This document shows, one piece after another, positions 1 through 15,304 of a stretch of 64,000 bases of DNA. The translations under genes and the position numbers were made by a program. The notes under the pieces were generated by a model. The model did not search any database and was not told where the DNA came from. It saw only the letters and a list, made by a program, of their open reading frames with translations. The first letter of the stretch is position 1; the number at the start of each line of letters is the position of its first letter. The stretch lies in NCBI RefSeq assembly GCF_000150275.1, contig NW_002060943.1, positions 3,678,008 through 3,742,007 on the forward strand. The letters run 5' to 3'. This DNA comes from Trichoplax adhaerens. Taxonomy: Eukaryota; Animalia; Placozoa.

Positions 1-773
1 TATACAGTCACAGAAGTAGATTTTCAGCAATAAATAGCACTGAAAACTGCCAAAATGGAGCATGAATTGCCAAGAAAGTTCTTGTATCATGCCCAAATTG
101 TCAAGACGTTGTCGAACGTTATAGTTCATGACTGATTGTGCTTTCAGTCTAACTAATAGGCCGACATTGAATTAATAGTACTTGCACTAAACCCATACTA
201 CGTATTGCGTATTTATAGTCAGATTAATTAGACTAAAACGGACTATGATATCATTTTTTTAATTTATATTTACGTTGGAATAAAGTATCGTCAGGATGTT
301 TCGAATGTGCTAACAATCTTAGATTTTACTCTATTCTGTTGCAGTGCAGCCCGCAAAATAGCTTAATAGATTGATTGTAGAAAGTTACTAAGTGATATCG
401 AAAATGTACGATGGACACTGTATGCGCGAGATTGTAGGTTAACTGGAATCTCAAGATTGTGTTAAGCGCATATCTGTGCTAAATTGTTACAGTAAATATT
501 GTAGCTTTGATTAGGAATGTCTTATTAAGATGACCTAGTCAGTAATTATAGATCTAACCAGTTTATATAATAAAGTAAAGATTATAAGTTATCGAATTTC
601 GATCATTTCTAATTTTAAGACATTTTATCACAACGGTAAACTGAATACTGTAGTATACAAATGTTGTGTGGTTAACTCAATCATGCCCTACCATTTTATC
701 CTACATCTGTTACTTTTAACGCTGGATCACATCAGTCATATACGTATAATTGGCAGTACTGTAGAGTACTTAC

Positions 774-1303
774 TTTTGATTCTTGATTGGATCATCAAAC
801 GATTGAGGGACCAATGATAAGAATTTCTCCAAAGTATCAAATAATACAGGTTGGATGTCTTGATCTATGGTCGATATGTTGTGAATTTTGGCTACCTCTT
901 TAGCGGTGAGCTGATAAACAGCAGCATCGGACATTTGCTGCCACTGTAATGGTTGGCCAACGACGAATCCATAACACAGACCGTTATTGAAAATAGCGTA
1001 CAATGGAGGAGCACAACCAGCATTATGTAATAGGAGCATATTATCAATTTCCTTTTGGCGATCAATGAATAATTCGGTCGATTGTCCATACACGCGAATT
1101 AATAGCATTTGATAAGATGTATTACTTTGCAAATTATATCCAATAATTTTATTGGTAATACCAGCAGTAAAAGGTTTAATTAGGATGTTTTCATCTTTCC
1201 ACTGGGGCCGAACTTGATGGATGATTTTCAACCCGCTTTCTTCAACATTATTAATATCGACGGTTAGATCGATTCGTACAGGAATTATTGCGTTTTCTCC
1301 CAT
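774..1303 (-). CDS. ETNK1: Ethanolamine kinase (choline/ethanolamine kinase family), first coding exon; gene continues beyond the left edge
   Basis: ATG at 1303 (MGENAIIPVRIDL). Motifs FTAGITNKIIG, LLIRVYGQSTELFIDRQKE and GCAPPLYAIFNNGLCYGFVVG match the ETNK N-lobe. The exon ends CAA AA|GTAAGT at 774. Confidence 0.9.
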
Positions 1304-1550
1304 TGGATAGAGGCCAAGTTGGAGGGCACTAGTAAGATGAAAAAGTTTCAACGGCCAACGCAATAACCAGCTGTACTTATACCTATCGATGGTGTGGTTT
1401 ATATAAAACTGTATACATATACGACTAATCTGCAGCTAGGATTAGGGGCGTAGCTTACTATTATAAAACCGATATTGTACAATATACGCTATAGTAGTGT
1501 TTAGATTACATTAGTTTACATACTGTCTACGAGCAAATCAGTACTTTCCG

Positions 1551-1871
1551 AAGGTAGAAATCAGTGCTCAAGATCTCTCTACTGATGTCTACCATTAAGA
1601 CTGAACTGGAACAGAGGTTAGACCAGTTTTGTCCAATGGTAGAAATTAGTGCTCAAGATCTCTCTACTGATGTCTGCCTTTAAGACTGAACTGGAACAGA
1701 GGTTAAACCAGTTTTGTCCAAAGGTAGAAATTAGTGCTCAAGATCTCTCTACTGATGTCTGCCATTAAGATTGAACTGGAGCAGAGATTAGACCAGTATT
1801 GTCCAAAGGTAGAAATCAGTGCTCAAGATCTCTCTACTTAAGTCTGTTATTAAAACTGAACTGGAACAGAG
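1551..1871. repeat. 85-bp tandem repeat, about 3.75 copies
   Basis: Unit aaggtagaaatcagtgctcaagatctctctactgatgtct...ccagttttgtcca starts at 1551, 1636, 1721 and 1806. Confidence 0.95.
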
Positions 1872-2494
1872 CTTAATCATTACCAATATCATTGTTGACA
1901 GGCCTGGCTACTATAAAATAGTCATGAAATTTTTATAATTGTCAACGATAAACTAACTCCATAATAACTCGAGCCAATACTGTAATCGCGTTCAGGTTAA
2001 AGAAATAAATTACAGTACTCCGCTACAGGCTTCTTTACTTGGAAAGATCGGACCTTAAGCAGATAGAAGGAACTTTGCATCGAGGCTAGAAAGCACCTTG
2101 ATGCTTTCTGCACTATCATCTATCAATATATAGGCCATTTCACTGCCGTCATGCAACAATGATTTAGAATCAATTCGTAGAAAATTTTAGCGAAATGGAG
2201 TGATGTTATTACTGTATTACGTGCACAATGCAGTTGCTTGCTCTCTACCTCGTTGTCTATCGGCGAATGTATGCTATTTCACTGCAGCAATACTGCACAG
2301 TATTCAGAGGTAACTTTGAGCTAGACCGTAGGATATCTAACTGCAAGCTTCCATTTTACTAAATAGAAGTATTCTAGCCAAATGTAGCTAGTGAAGGTTT
2401 TATGCTAACGAAGTAGCCCATTGCCGATTCTACAAGAAAGCTCAAGTTTATCAGCTTTCCTTCCAGTTGTCCGTGCTTTCGGATTGCTGAAGAC

Positions 2495-2700
2495 ACTACA
2501 GTGTACAGTACACAAATGTACTGTAAAATGGACTTATTATACAGTAGTCGATGTTGCTCATTTCTACTCATAGCATTCCCTATAATTTCTACACTGAAAC
2601 CGTGAACTGTACTGTACGCCTTACAGTGTACAGTGTACAGTACAAAAACCAGCCAATCAGCTAATCGGTGGATACTGTCTATCAGTGTACTGTACAATGT
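2495..2700. repeat. Cluster of TACAG/TGTACAG (CTGTA) short motifs
   Basis: ctacagtgtacagtacac at about 2497, actgtactgtacgccttacagtgtacagtgtacagtac at about 2606-2643, cagtgtactgtaca at about 2683. Confidence 0.7.
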
Positions 2701-3149
2701 ATCATTTCAGAGAGACGTTTCAGTTGAAATGACCAGCAAAATAGTCGGCCCCCATTTTTACTCTATGGAGCGACTACTTTCTATCCGTCCTTCTGTCTTC
2801 ATCCAGATGACTGGCTAACTGCAATACAGTTAGTACTGCAGTGTTCTGTGCTAGCCAAACCTCTATACAGTTTTGTAGGAAGTTTACGACACTCGACTGT
2901 CGGCAATAGCCGTAAGCAAAAATTGCCCGGGTAAAATATTTTTTCAAAGCAAATTCCATCTTACCTTGGTCCGCCTTTCCTCCTTGTCTATTAACGCTTT
3001 CGATACTAATCACAACAAGAGCCTGAAGGAAAATAACTCAGTACAGCCGTTGATTGAGGACATTATCCTTGCGAAAATTGAATATCTTGTATTGGCAATA
3101 AAAGTTGGATCACGTCTGTCTTCTCTTTGAAGAAAGAAGCAAAACAAAA

Positions 3150-6466
<3,317 letters not shown>

Positions 6467-7008
6467 TCCCTGAATAATTTGGGATTTTTTTGGATACCAT
6501 TTGCAAACATCGCCTAGACAGTTTCTGACGGTTTTTCTTTAACGGAATAGTAATTCATCTCACTGGAACTGTATCAAGATAAACCGTTAACTTAATAATA
6601 TTTAGTCTCATTTGACCTACTTAAGGTAAATTATTCGGTATGTATAACAACATCTTGACAATTTTATTGCAACATCTGTCTCTGTGAAGTTTACAACGTT
6701 GTTATTTTAACAAGAGTGCTTTGAAGTCAATTTGTGCATAGCTGCAGTATCTACAGTGTACATAATATATTTTACTATACTGTTCGACTAAGATGTACGC
6801 TTACGAAAGTATTTTTAATAAATATGTATGATTACTATGGTGTAAGCGTACTTAATTTACTGTAATTCCTATTTCGTAAAATGGGCATTCATCGACTGTC
6901 TTAACATTAAATCAATTATTGCAGATATTTTACTTATTAATAAATAACATAAGTAAAAATGACTTTAAAAATATAATAACGTTGGTCGTAGAAGCCTAGT
7001 CTAGTATT

Positions 7009-10000
7009 TTAAGTCTTTGCAAATGTACATCCTCGAACGGCAATCTTCATAGCAATCCATCGATGCCATGTTTTCGGGATAAATCGTAAATATTTCGCTG
7101 TTACTGTTTGATAAACACAATTGTTCTTGATTTCATATGGATTGCTATTTCCGTTGAATAACTATTAATTAAAAATATTGTTCCGTAAATTGTCTGATAA
7201 TTTTTAGTAATGGTAAAGGTTATAAAAGTCATTAGTGCCTTATCTAGATTGTTTAGTATATGAAATGCTCTGATTTTATCGACACTAAAATCTTTGTAAT
7301 AAAGCTCTAGCAGAGATGATCAAGTTTACTTTAATGTCTTGATTCTTGTCTCTATAATATCGCCAGTCTTGCCCGTTAATACTATAAGCCAAGTTATACG
7401 TTTCTACCCAGTAGGATAGCGATGGGAATAATCCATTCTTACCCATCGTCTCAACAGATGTAACGATATAGTTATCCGGTACAACAATTTGTAGAAATTG
7501 CTGATGCTTAGTTTCTGCAGCACACCACGATTGATGATGAGGCGACTGATATAGTAAAGCATTGTTGGGTTGACAGGTCGATTGATGAATATAACTGGAG
7601 CTGGTTATTAACGTCGAGTTTAAAGGTATCACACAATTATTACAGCCAGTTTCATCTGTAGACCAAATATTAATACGGTAGTAAAGTCAATGGATGAATT
7701 TTAGAATAGCAAAGTCAATCCCAATATAACTTACTTTGACAAGAAAACAGACCACAGATTTTCTTCCTCGTCAAGAGGCAGCGTGATCTATTTTGTGCGG
7801 CATTGGTGCTATCCAAGCAATCTCTTTTATAAGAGATAATGTCATTGCTACAAGTGTTATTACAGACTGCTTGTGATGGTTGTTTTGAGTGAACAGTAGT
7901 AGCTATAATATTTTAATGATAGTAAAATTGCTTAATCAAACATTATATTCAATATTAGTCATTATACAGTACAGTAATTCTAGCTGAATCTATTAACCTA
8001 ATAACAGCTGGTTATTGTAATTTAACTGAAATTTAGTTACGCTATGCTAGTCTTATCCCTCAATCGTAACATCAGCTGTAGTAATTTCTAGATAAATTGA
8101 TGGATAAGGATTGTCGTGTGAATATAGCTATTAAATAGCACGTTTCTATCCATTGTTCACTCAGTTCATTCTTACATTTTATCTGGTAGATATCCATATT
8201 ACAGTAAAAGACGTCGGTATTAATTACAACTAATATATACTCGTATAGCTAGATTAGTACTGTAGTAATAGTATATTCCAGATAATAGTCTGTAGTAAGA
8301 AGTAGCACTATTAGAAGAGACATGTACTAATTGCTATATGAGTTTAATGGGAATATTCTATTAATATCACGATAATTTGAAATACCATTGCAAGATTTAG
8401 TTGCTGTACAATTTCTTCTTTCGTGAGAAGCTCCGTCACATTTCTTAGTATCTGTTTGTCCAGAAAAATTCTGACATTTTCGGTAGCGTTCCTGAGTTCC
8501 ACGACCACATTTTACGTTACATGCAGACCAGGTTGACCATGTAGTGAATTCACTTATTTTCTCTAAAGGTATTTACATATATTAGAGCAATTTAAATACT
8601 ACTCGAGTAAATTTACATTATGGCTATTAGTAAATAACATAAAGATACGAAATTTACGGAGATGTCTGCTAAAATGGCTGCTTACTTAATAGCTGACTTT
8701 AAATTAAGTAAGTCCTTATTATAGCAAGTATCAACATATATTTCGTACTCGAGTGATTAATTCATATATTATGAAAGAATTATCGTCTATGGACTACTTG
8801 GGCATGGTTGTTGTTGGCAATTGCGAATTTCTCCAACAACTCCTAGACAATCATATTTATGAGGTTGAAATTGTGGTGGATGAACGCAACTTCGGCGACG
8901 AAATTTGACGCCATGACCGCAGGTAGTACTACAAGATGACCACGTAGACCAATCAGTATAGTACTCATCATTAGGATCTATAATTTGGATATTGTAGACG
9001 TTATTTTTTTTTTTTTTTGACTATATATTAGCAGTTTAGCATATATTAAAGTTACCAATTGAAAATAGAAATAATATAAATGTATAGGATACCGAAAAAT
9101 TTCTGTTGTCAGAGTTTTACTGTAGGTTTAAAAGCATATATACTCATATACGTTAAAGCAATAATGCCATCTTGTATCCAAGGTAAGAGCTGCATCTAAC
9201 TTAATAAACGTGATATATCCAATATCAATCGTAGATATCGGTATAAGGACTAAGGCATTTTTACGTAAAATGGAAGGAAATCACCGTTTGGCGTGGTAGA
9301 AATAAATGTATAAAAGGAAGGAAATGAGGCAACATTTTCCATTGAACTATACAAGAAAAGTTGCGTTGATTTGTTGAATCAGGCTAATCCTTATCCGATA
9401 GGTCTCGTAGCTTGAGAGTACAAAAACTAAGCTTATAGCGACCTAGCTTCAAGGTTTAAATTCAACAATCAACTATTTCATTTACGCATAGTGAGCTATT
9501 TTGGGCAAGAAATCCGGTACTTGTTAATACGCGTATCATGCATAATTAAAATTAATGTATCGTTTTGATATATAGATTATATCAAACATCAGATATCATT
9601 TAAGAATACTATTCATTTGTCAATGGATACATGATCCGTTGCTATTTTATTTATAGCATCATAAAAGATGAGCTGATACAGTATCGACTGTTTTATATAG
9701 TGCTTACAGACTTCGGGATGATAATATATTTTCTGTCGTAAAACTTGCAATAATTTTCTCTATTAATACAAAAAGCCAATTAAAGTCCCTGAAAGGTTGG
9801 ATATCATTCTATTCTTTAACTATAGATGTCCGGCACATAAAGCTATATATACTACGTACGATATACTACGGCACTTGTATCTAAAATATTTATCAACACT
9901 TCTACCTTGTTGGGCATTCTTGGCATTGCGTTCGTGTATAAAATCTGAATTGAAGTAAAACTTTGAGCCTGATGATAATTTCAATGCTATGATCGATACA

Positions 10001-10023
10001 ATAATAACTGCTAGAAATTTCAT
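7009..10023 (-). CDS. Secreted protein: signal peptide, thrombospondin type-1 repeats (2 canonical, 1 degenerate), C-terminal F5/8 type C (discoidin) domain
   Basis: First exon 10023-9906 (MKFLAVIIVSIIALKLSSG signal peptide). TSP1 exons 8977-8798 (WSTWSSCSTTCGHGVKFRRRSC) and 8562-8386 (WSTWSACNVKCGRGTQERYRKC). Probable linker exon 8229-8176 and degenerate TSP1 exon 7902-7735. FA58C exons 7655-7330 (SWCA..WVETYNLAYSINGQDW) and 7161-7009 (LFNGN..AKYLRFIPKTWHRWIAMKIAVRGC, TAA). Exons between 8978 and 9905 are not fully resolved. Confidence 0.82.
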
Positions 10024-11164
10024 TTCATTCAAATAGTACAGTTTAGAAATGTGTAGTGGTTATACACGTAAATTGCTTTTTTCCTGAAATGGTACCAATC
10101 GTCGAATCCAGAATCCTATTCCTATCCGATTATCGTATAACTATACAGCTTAATAAGAACACGTACGCGCGATGGCTAGAAATTGTTATCGCATCGGAAT
10201 TACTACAGTAGTCATGCCAGCTTGAATTCTAGATTGCTAATTATAAAAATACTCTCATCAGCAACTAGGGCCCCAACATTTATTTATTTATCTACTTGCT
10301 ACATTTACAGTACTAATTGATTGCACATTACTTCCCAATACGTAACGTATAGCATAATTAATCCATGATCGTGCAGATTACGTGATCGATATAATAACTT
10401 TATTGTTTGTTATATTAATGACTGGGTAAGTGACAGTTGATTTTAAGATTTGTTTTCCATGCTTTTTCGGGGAGGGGAAGTTCAAACTGTTCATCTTAGT
10501 ATTTTATTACTACGATAGTAACACGATTCGTATAACCCTTGTACTTCGCAGTGCACTGACAGAGGAGGGTCGAGAGCTTAATAAAGCATAAGAGCTTGAT
10601 ATGGAAATTGTGATACTGTAGTTAGGTCTGGATAAATTCCATCAAGGTGAGGATAATAACGTCTTCAATGACAGAGGACCAGACTGTATCCTGATATTTC
10701 CCTCTTTCCATTACAAGTCTATCTTCAACTCTTTCTATGGGTATCCTTGAACTGTAATATGATCGTAGGGCTAAGTAAAGGAACCTGTCCAAACTGTATT
10801 AATTATCAATGGGAATTATTCACTACTATAGCAATGTAAATCCTTTTGGTGAGTCAGTTTAAAGTCATTTTAGTTCAATTTTTTTAACCCAAGGGTAGAT
10901 GAACTTATAAACAACCAAATCAATCGTTTCAGTAAGGGCTACGAAAGAGAGATTGTGTACGCTGCAGCAAGGACTACTAGGTATTACTAGTAGTCCATGG
11001 CTACAGCACTGTGTCTTCGTGGATTTTCATATGACTGTAGTAAAAGTAACTGCATGTTGAATTCAACGCATTGCTGGAATTCGCATAGGCATACTAGGGC
11101 ATCGTTACAAGAAATAAGAAATGTTTGCTCATAGGCCTGACTCCCAGGATTTTCCTCGCTATCT

Positions 11165-12015
11165 TTTGCTTGAGTGAAAGCTATAATGCGTACTGGCTGG
11201 AAGACGCCTTTTCAGTCCGGAAGATGCAATGTTGGTGGACTACACATTTGCTTCCTGCAATGGTCAAAGCCTGCTATTTTTTATCTTTATGCAATGCCAG
11301 ATTGCACCATTCTCCTAGCTCTCTTTTATTTGATTGAAAGCTATAAAACGTACTGGCTGGAAAACGCCTTTCCGGTCGGAAAGATACACTGTTCTGGACT
11401 ACACACTGGCTTCCTGCAATGGTCAAAGCCTGAGATCTTTTTTAACTTTGTGCAATGCTTGATTCCAAGATTCTGCTCTGCCAGCTCTCTTTTATTAGAT
11501 TGGAAGACGACTTTTCGGTCCGGAAGATGCACTATTGCTAAAAGTACACATTCGCTTCCTGGAATAGTCAAAACATGACATTTTAACTTTGTGCAATGCT
11601 TGATTCCACGATTCTGTTCTGCCAGCTCTCTTTTATTGGATTGGAAGATGACTTTTTGGTCCAGAAGATGCACTATTGCTAAAGTACGCATTTGCTTCCT
11701 GGAATAGTCAAAACATAACATTTTAACTTTGTGCTATGCTTGATTCCACGATTCTGCTCTGCCAGCTCTCTTTTATTGGATTGGAAGACGACTTTTCGGT
11801 CCAGAAGATGCACTATTGCTAAAGTACGCATCTGCTTCCTGGAATAGTCAAAACATAACATTTTAACTTTGTGCTATGCTTGAATCCACGATTCTGCTCT
11901 GCCAGCTCTCTTTTATTGGTTGGAAGACGACTTTTCGGTCCAGAAGATTACTATTGCTAAAGTACGCATTTGCTTCCTGGAATAGTCAAAACATGACATT
12001 TTAACTTTATGCAAT
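11165..12015. repeat. Tandem array of 140-bp units (about 4 near-identical copies) preceded by about 2 diverged units of about 159 bp
   Basis: tttaactttgtgc recurs at about 11441, 11582, 11722, 11862 and 12000. The upstream copies at about 11165 and 11325 carry an extra gaaagctataa..cgtactggc segment. Confidence 0.95.
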
Positions 12016-12209
12016 TCTACAGTATTGCAAATTGTCCAATTTATGTAAAACACCTTCCATTAATTAATTATATTACTACCTGTATTTTACCTTCTCCTGC
12101 ACTGATTGCCATCCCTAGATTGCACCCATTGGTTAAGTGCCCATACGCAGCCATGATAGTGCAGTTAGCAGTGCAGGCTGCGCAGCAGTCTCTAGGTGGG
12201 CGTGGAGTA

Positions 12210-12730
12210 TTGTACAGTGTACAGTGTACAGTACATAGATCACGTTAATCTTACTGCTGTACAGTACAGTACAGTGTGGACGCGCTAATTTCTATGATTT
12301 TGGTGCAAACAGATGGATTAAATTTTTTTTTTTTTTTGGACAAATTTTATATCAGTCTATAGAAAAAGAGTTAATTACACGAATCTGTCATCAAAATTTA
12401 CGTACGACGTTTACTTTCATCGTAATTATTAATTAAAGTACGCGAGACGCTACAGTACAAAGTAAAAATGAAGGTTTTGTACACTGCCGTTTTTCTGACT
12501 AGTGACATTTGTTTTGCTTCCAATTGATTTTATATCGAGGCTATACGCCCAATTCATCAGCTCAACGACCGGTATTAATCGACTCCTAACCGCATTGCAT
12601 ACAACTTACCTCCTGCCAAGCGTTGACAAAAGTAATGTCAGCAGCCCGCGTCTATACTGTACTGTACTGTACACTCTTAGTGTACAGTACAGTGTACAGT
12701 GTACAGTGTACAGTACAGTACAGTACTGTA
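12210..12730. repeat. TACAG/TGTACAG simple-repeat clusters including a perfect 15-bp-arm hairpin
   Basis: tgtacagtgtacagtgtacagtac at 12211, tgtacagtacagtacagtgt at 12258, and actgtactgtacact-ctt-agtgtacagtacagt at 12661-12693. Confidence 0.8.
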
Positions 12731-13285
12731 ACCACAGCATTGGTGCATAGCAATATCATAGCTGATCGTAGACAGTTGCAAATCCTTGCAATATTGATCA
12801 ACTCTAAATCAATCTTGTGCTTGTCTTTTGCTTTTTCAATCCTTGACTGTGTAAATGGTCATTACAAATCTTAGTATTAACCCTTAGTGGATGATGAAGT
12901 GAAAGATCTACGTTACAGTGACAGAAAAATAGGAAAGAAAGGAACTTATTGATGATGGGATATTGCTAAAATTAGTAACAGCAATCTTGATGCGACAGCG
13001 TCCAAGATCCAAGTAGTACAGTAGGTGCATTATCAACGCGATTGCCTGGATAACAATATGGTCTTTAGTATCATCCATTGTAAATGGAAGGCTGTCCAAC
13101 TTTCATGATCCATTTTACTTCAAGTTAAGGTATTCATGGGCTTCCATTGGTATTAATAATCATTCGATCGATCCAATTCAATCCAATTGATATCAATTCG
13201 TGGGCAGAGAATTGATGACTTTGTAATCGTCTGTACTACTGTACTTCCAAAGTGGGTTTGACATTAGTCTTTAGCTGCATACAAA

Positions 13286-14452
13286 ATGTCCATCAAAAGA
13301 ATCTTATTACTTTTCCAAGCAATTAATTTTTTCGTTCTTTTATGCCTAACAAGTTACATCTATTATACCTCCAAGAGATCAACAACTCAATCTGTTCAAG
13401 AATATCAAAATTTACAAAATCTAAGGCATAACAATATCACTATTATATTACTTTGGACAGGCTGGTTTTATGGTGACTGGCCTGTACCTCTTGGTGGTCA
13501 TCAATGTGACAGTCTTAGTAAACATTGCTATTTTACTATCGAAAGTAAGTACTATTCAACTGCTGATGCTGTTGTATTCCACGGCTCTGATTTGTATAGA
13601 ATGGAGGATGCTGCTTTACCCAATCAAACCAGTAAACCACGACATCAACGCTGGGTATATTACACGATGGAAAATCCACCCATTAGTGCCTATCTAGGTG
13701 TACAAGCCAAGGAAAGGGATGAAAATAAATTTGATTGGATTATGAGCTATGCTAAAGATGCCGATGTTTATGTACCTTATGGGCAGATTATCAAAGGTCG
13801 TTATGGCAATGGTTACGATTCTAATATCAATTACGCCCAAGGTAGACCCAAGATGGTAGCCATGGTCGCAAGTCGTTGTTATCCATCTCGTATGAAAATG
13901 GTGGCAGCATTGCAACATTATGTCGACGTTGATGTCTATGGTGAATGTGGAACAAAATGTTCACGCAATCGACAATGTTGGAATCATCTCAAACAAAATT
14001 ACAAGTTCTACCTAAGCTTTGAAAACGAAGTATGCAAAGATTATATTACGGAAAAGTTGTACAATAATGCATTTGCAAATTATCTGATACCTATTGTCAT
14101 CAGTGGTGCTAATTATTCCGATATCAAGGTTGTTCCACCGCATTCTGTCATCGATGCTTTACAATTTAAAAATGTTGAAGAATTAGCACGTTACATTAAA
14201 ATTGTAGCCGAAGATAATAAATTATATAATTCATACTTTCAATGGAGAAATCGTTACGACATCAAATTTATAAGAATGAGAGACACTTTGTGTACGCTAT
14301 GCAAGAAAATTTCGACCAAACCACTACGAAAGCCTTCTCGCCCTTATAGCAATTTACGCTACATATTAGGTAACCACGATGGCAATTGTAAAAAATTTCC
14401 GGAACCTTCTAGATTAAATGCCGTAAAGCCTAACTTTACATATTTCCAGTAA
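13286..14452 (+). CDS. Alpha-(1,3)-fucosyltransferase (GT10 family), single exon, type II membrane protein, 388 aa
   Basis: N-terminal transmembrane segment; IILLWTGWF; ADAVVFHG; QRWVYYTMENP; FDWIMSY..DADVYVPYG; GT10 signature YKFYLSFENEVCKDYITEKLYNNA; YNSYFQWR. Confidence 0.95.
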   Translation: MSIKRILLLFQAINFFVLLCLTSYIYYTSKRSTTQSVQEYQNLQNLRHNNITIILLWTGWFYGDWPVPLGGHQCDSLSKHCYFTIESKYYSTADAVVFHGSDLYRMEDAALPNQTSKPRHQRWVYYTMENPPISAYLGVQAKERDENKFDWIMSYAKDADVYVPYGQIIKGRYGNGYDSNINYAQGRPKMVAMVASRCYPSRMKMVAALQHYVDVDVYGECGTKCSRNRQCWNHLKQNYKFYLSFENEVCKDYITEKLYNNAFANYLIPIVISGANYSDIKVVPPHSVIDALQFKNVEELARYIKIVAEDNKLYNSYFQWRNRYDIKFIRMRDTLCTLCKKISTKPLRKPSRPYSNLRYILGNHDGNCKKFPEPSRLNAVKPNFTYFQ

Positions 14453-15304
14453 ACCATTTGTCCTGTATTACTGTCCAATGTGAGAACATAAAGATTGAAA
14501 GTATCGCATTTGACTCGATATGCTCATTGGTATCATGGTCTGCATCGCTGGCAAATACTATAATATAATTGAACCAAGGAATTGATTGAAAATTACAGTA
14601 GATGCTAACGGTTGCTTGCCTTTATCAACGTACATAATATGTCAACAGTGTCACTCTGATTAGCTGAATTTCTGTATTTCGAATCCTTACATACATTACT
14701 TAATCAATGAAATTTTAGACAATTATTTTGCATATTTTTATAATACGTATCTTCACATTTATTAGCACGCGAAATGTATGATTTGGTGGATAAATTATGA
14801 ATTAATCAGATATACATAGGAGATTTTGTCAAGAGCTTTGAGCATGATTACAAAAGTTTTATTAAAGTATGTGCAGATAGCCTACTATATTTGATGGCCA
14901 GTGTTAACTCGAATCTTCATGCTATGGTTTTGTATATTTTTCTTATGCACAGAGTACTTTTTCGATAGTAGTTATGCCGAAAGAAATTTTAGTATAAATG
15001 CTTACTATACTGTTGTAGCTAATATCTTTTAGATATCATCCGAGCGTGATATATTTTACGGTGTCGAGTTATGGATTTGCTATTTATGCAAGTCGATTAA
15101 AATTGTTTCAGTATATTTATCAGCAACTTGAAGCCTCTCTTTTAAGCCTAATTTAAGTCTGTATACGCCTACGTATATTGCAAATAAAGTCCAAATGGTT
15201 ACAAATAGTCTTCAATAAGCTGTCAACTTCTCGAAAGCCTGCTTAAAAAGTTATAGAATTGCAATATCCACTATTTACAGCCCGATCTCGATATTTTCTT
15301 AGTT

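Noticed and set aside
1304-1363. N-terminal extension of the ETNK ORF from a TTG start
   Set aside because: Bacterial-style start call. The first ATG is at 1303.
1551-1871. Repeat arrays as possible CRISPR arrays (also 11165-12015 and 50927-52750)
   Set aside because: The units are contiguous with no unique spacers, there are no cas genes, and the context is eukaryotic.
2374-3013. Short ORFs between ETNK and gamma-tubulin (likewise 12009-13099)
   Set aside because: Low-complexity translations of TACAG repeats, with no domain or splice support.
11125-11861. Overlapping ORFs in the 140-bp array
   Set aside because: The unit is not a multiple of 3, so frames shift each copy. Repeat artefacts.
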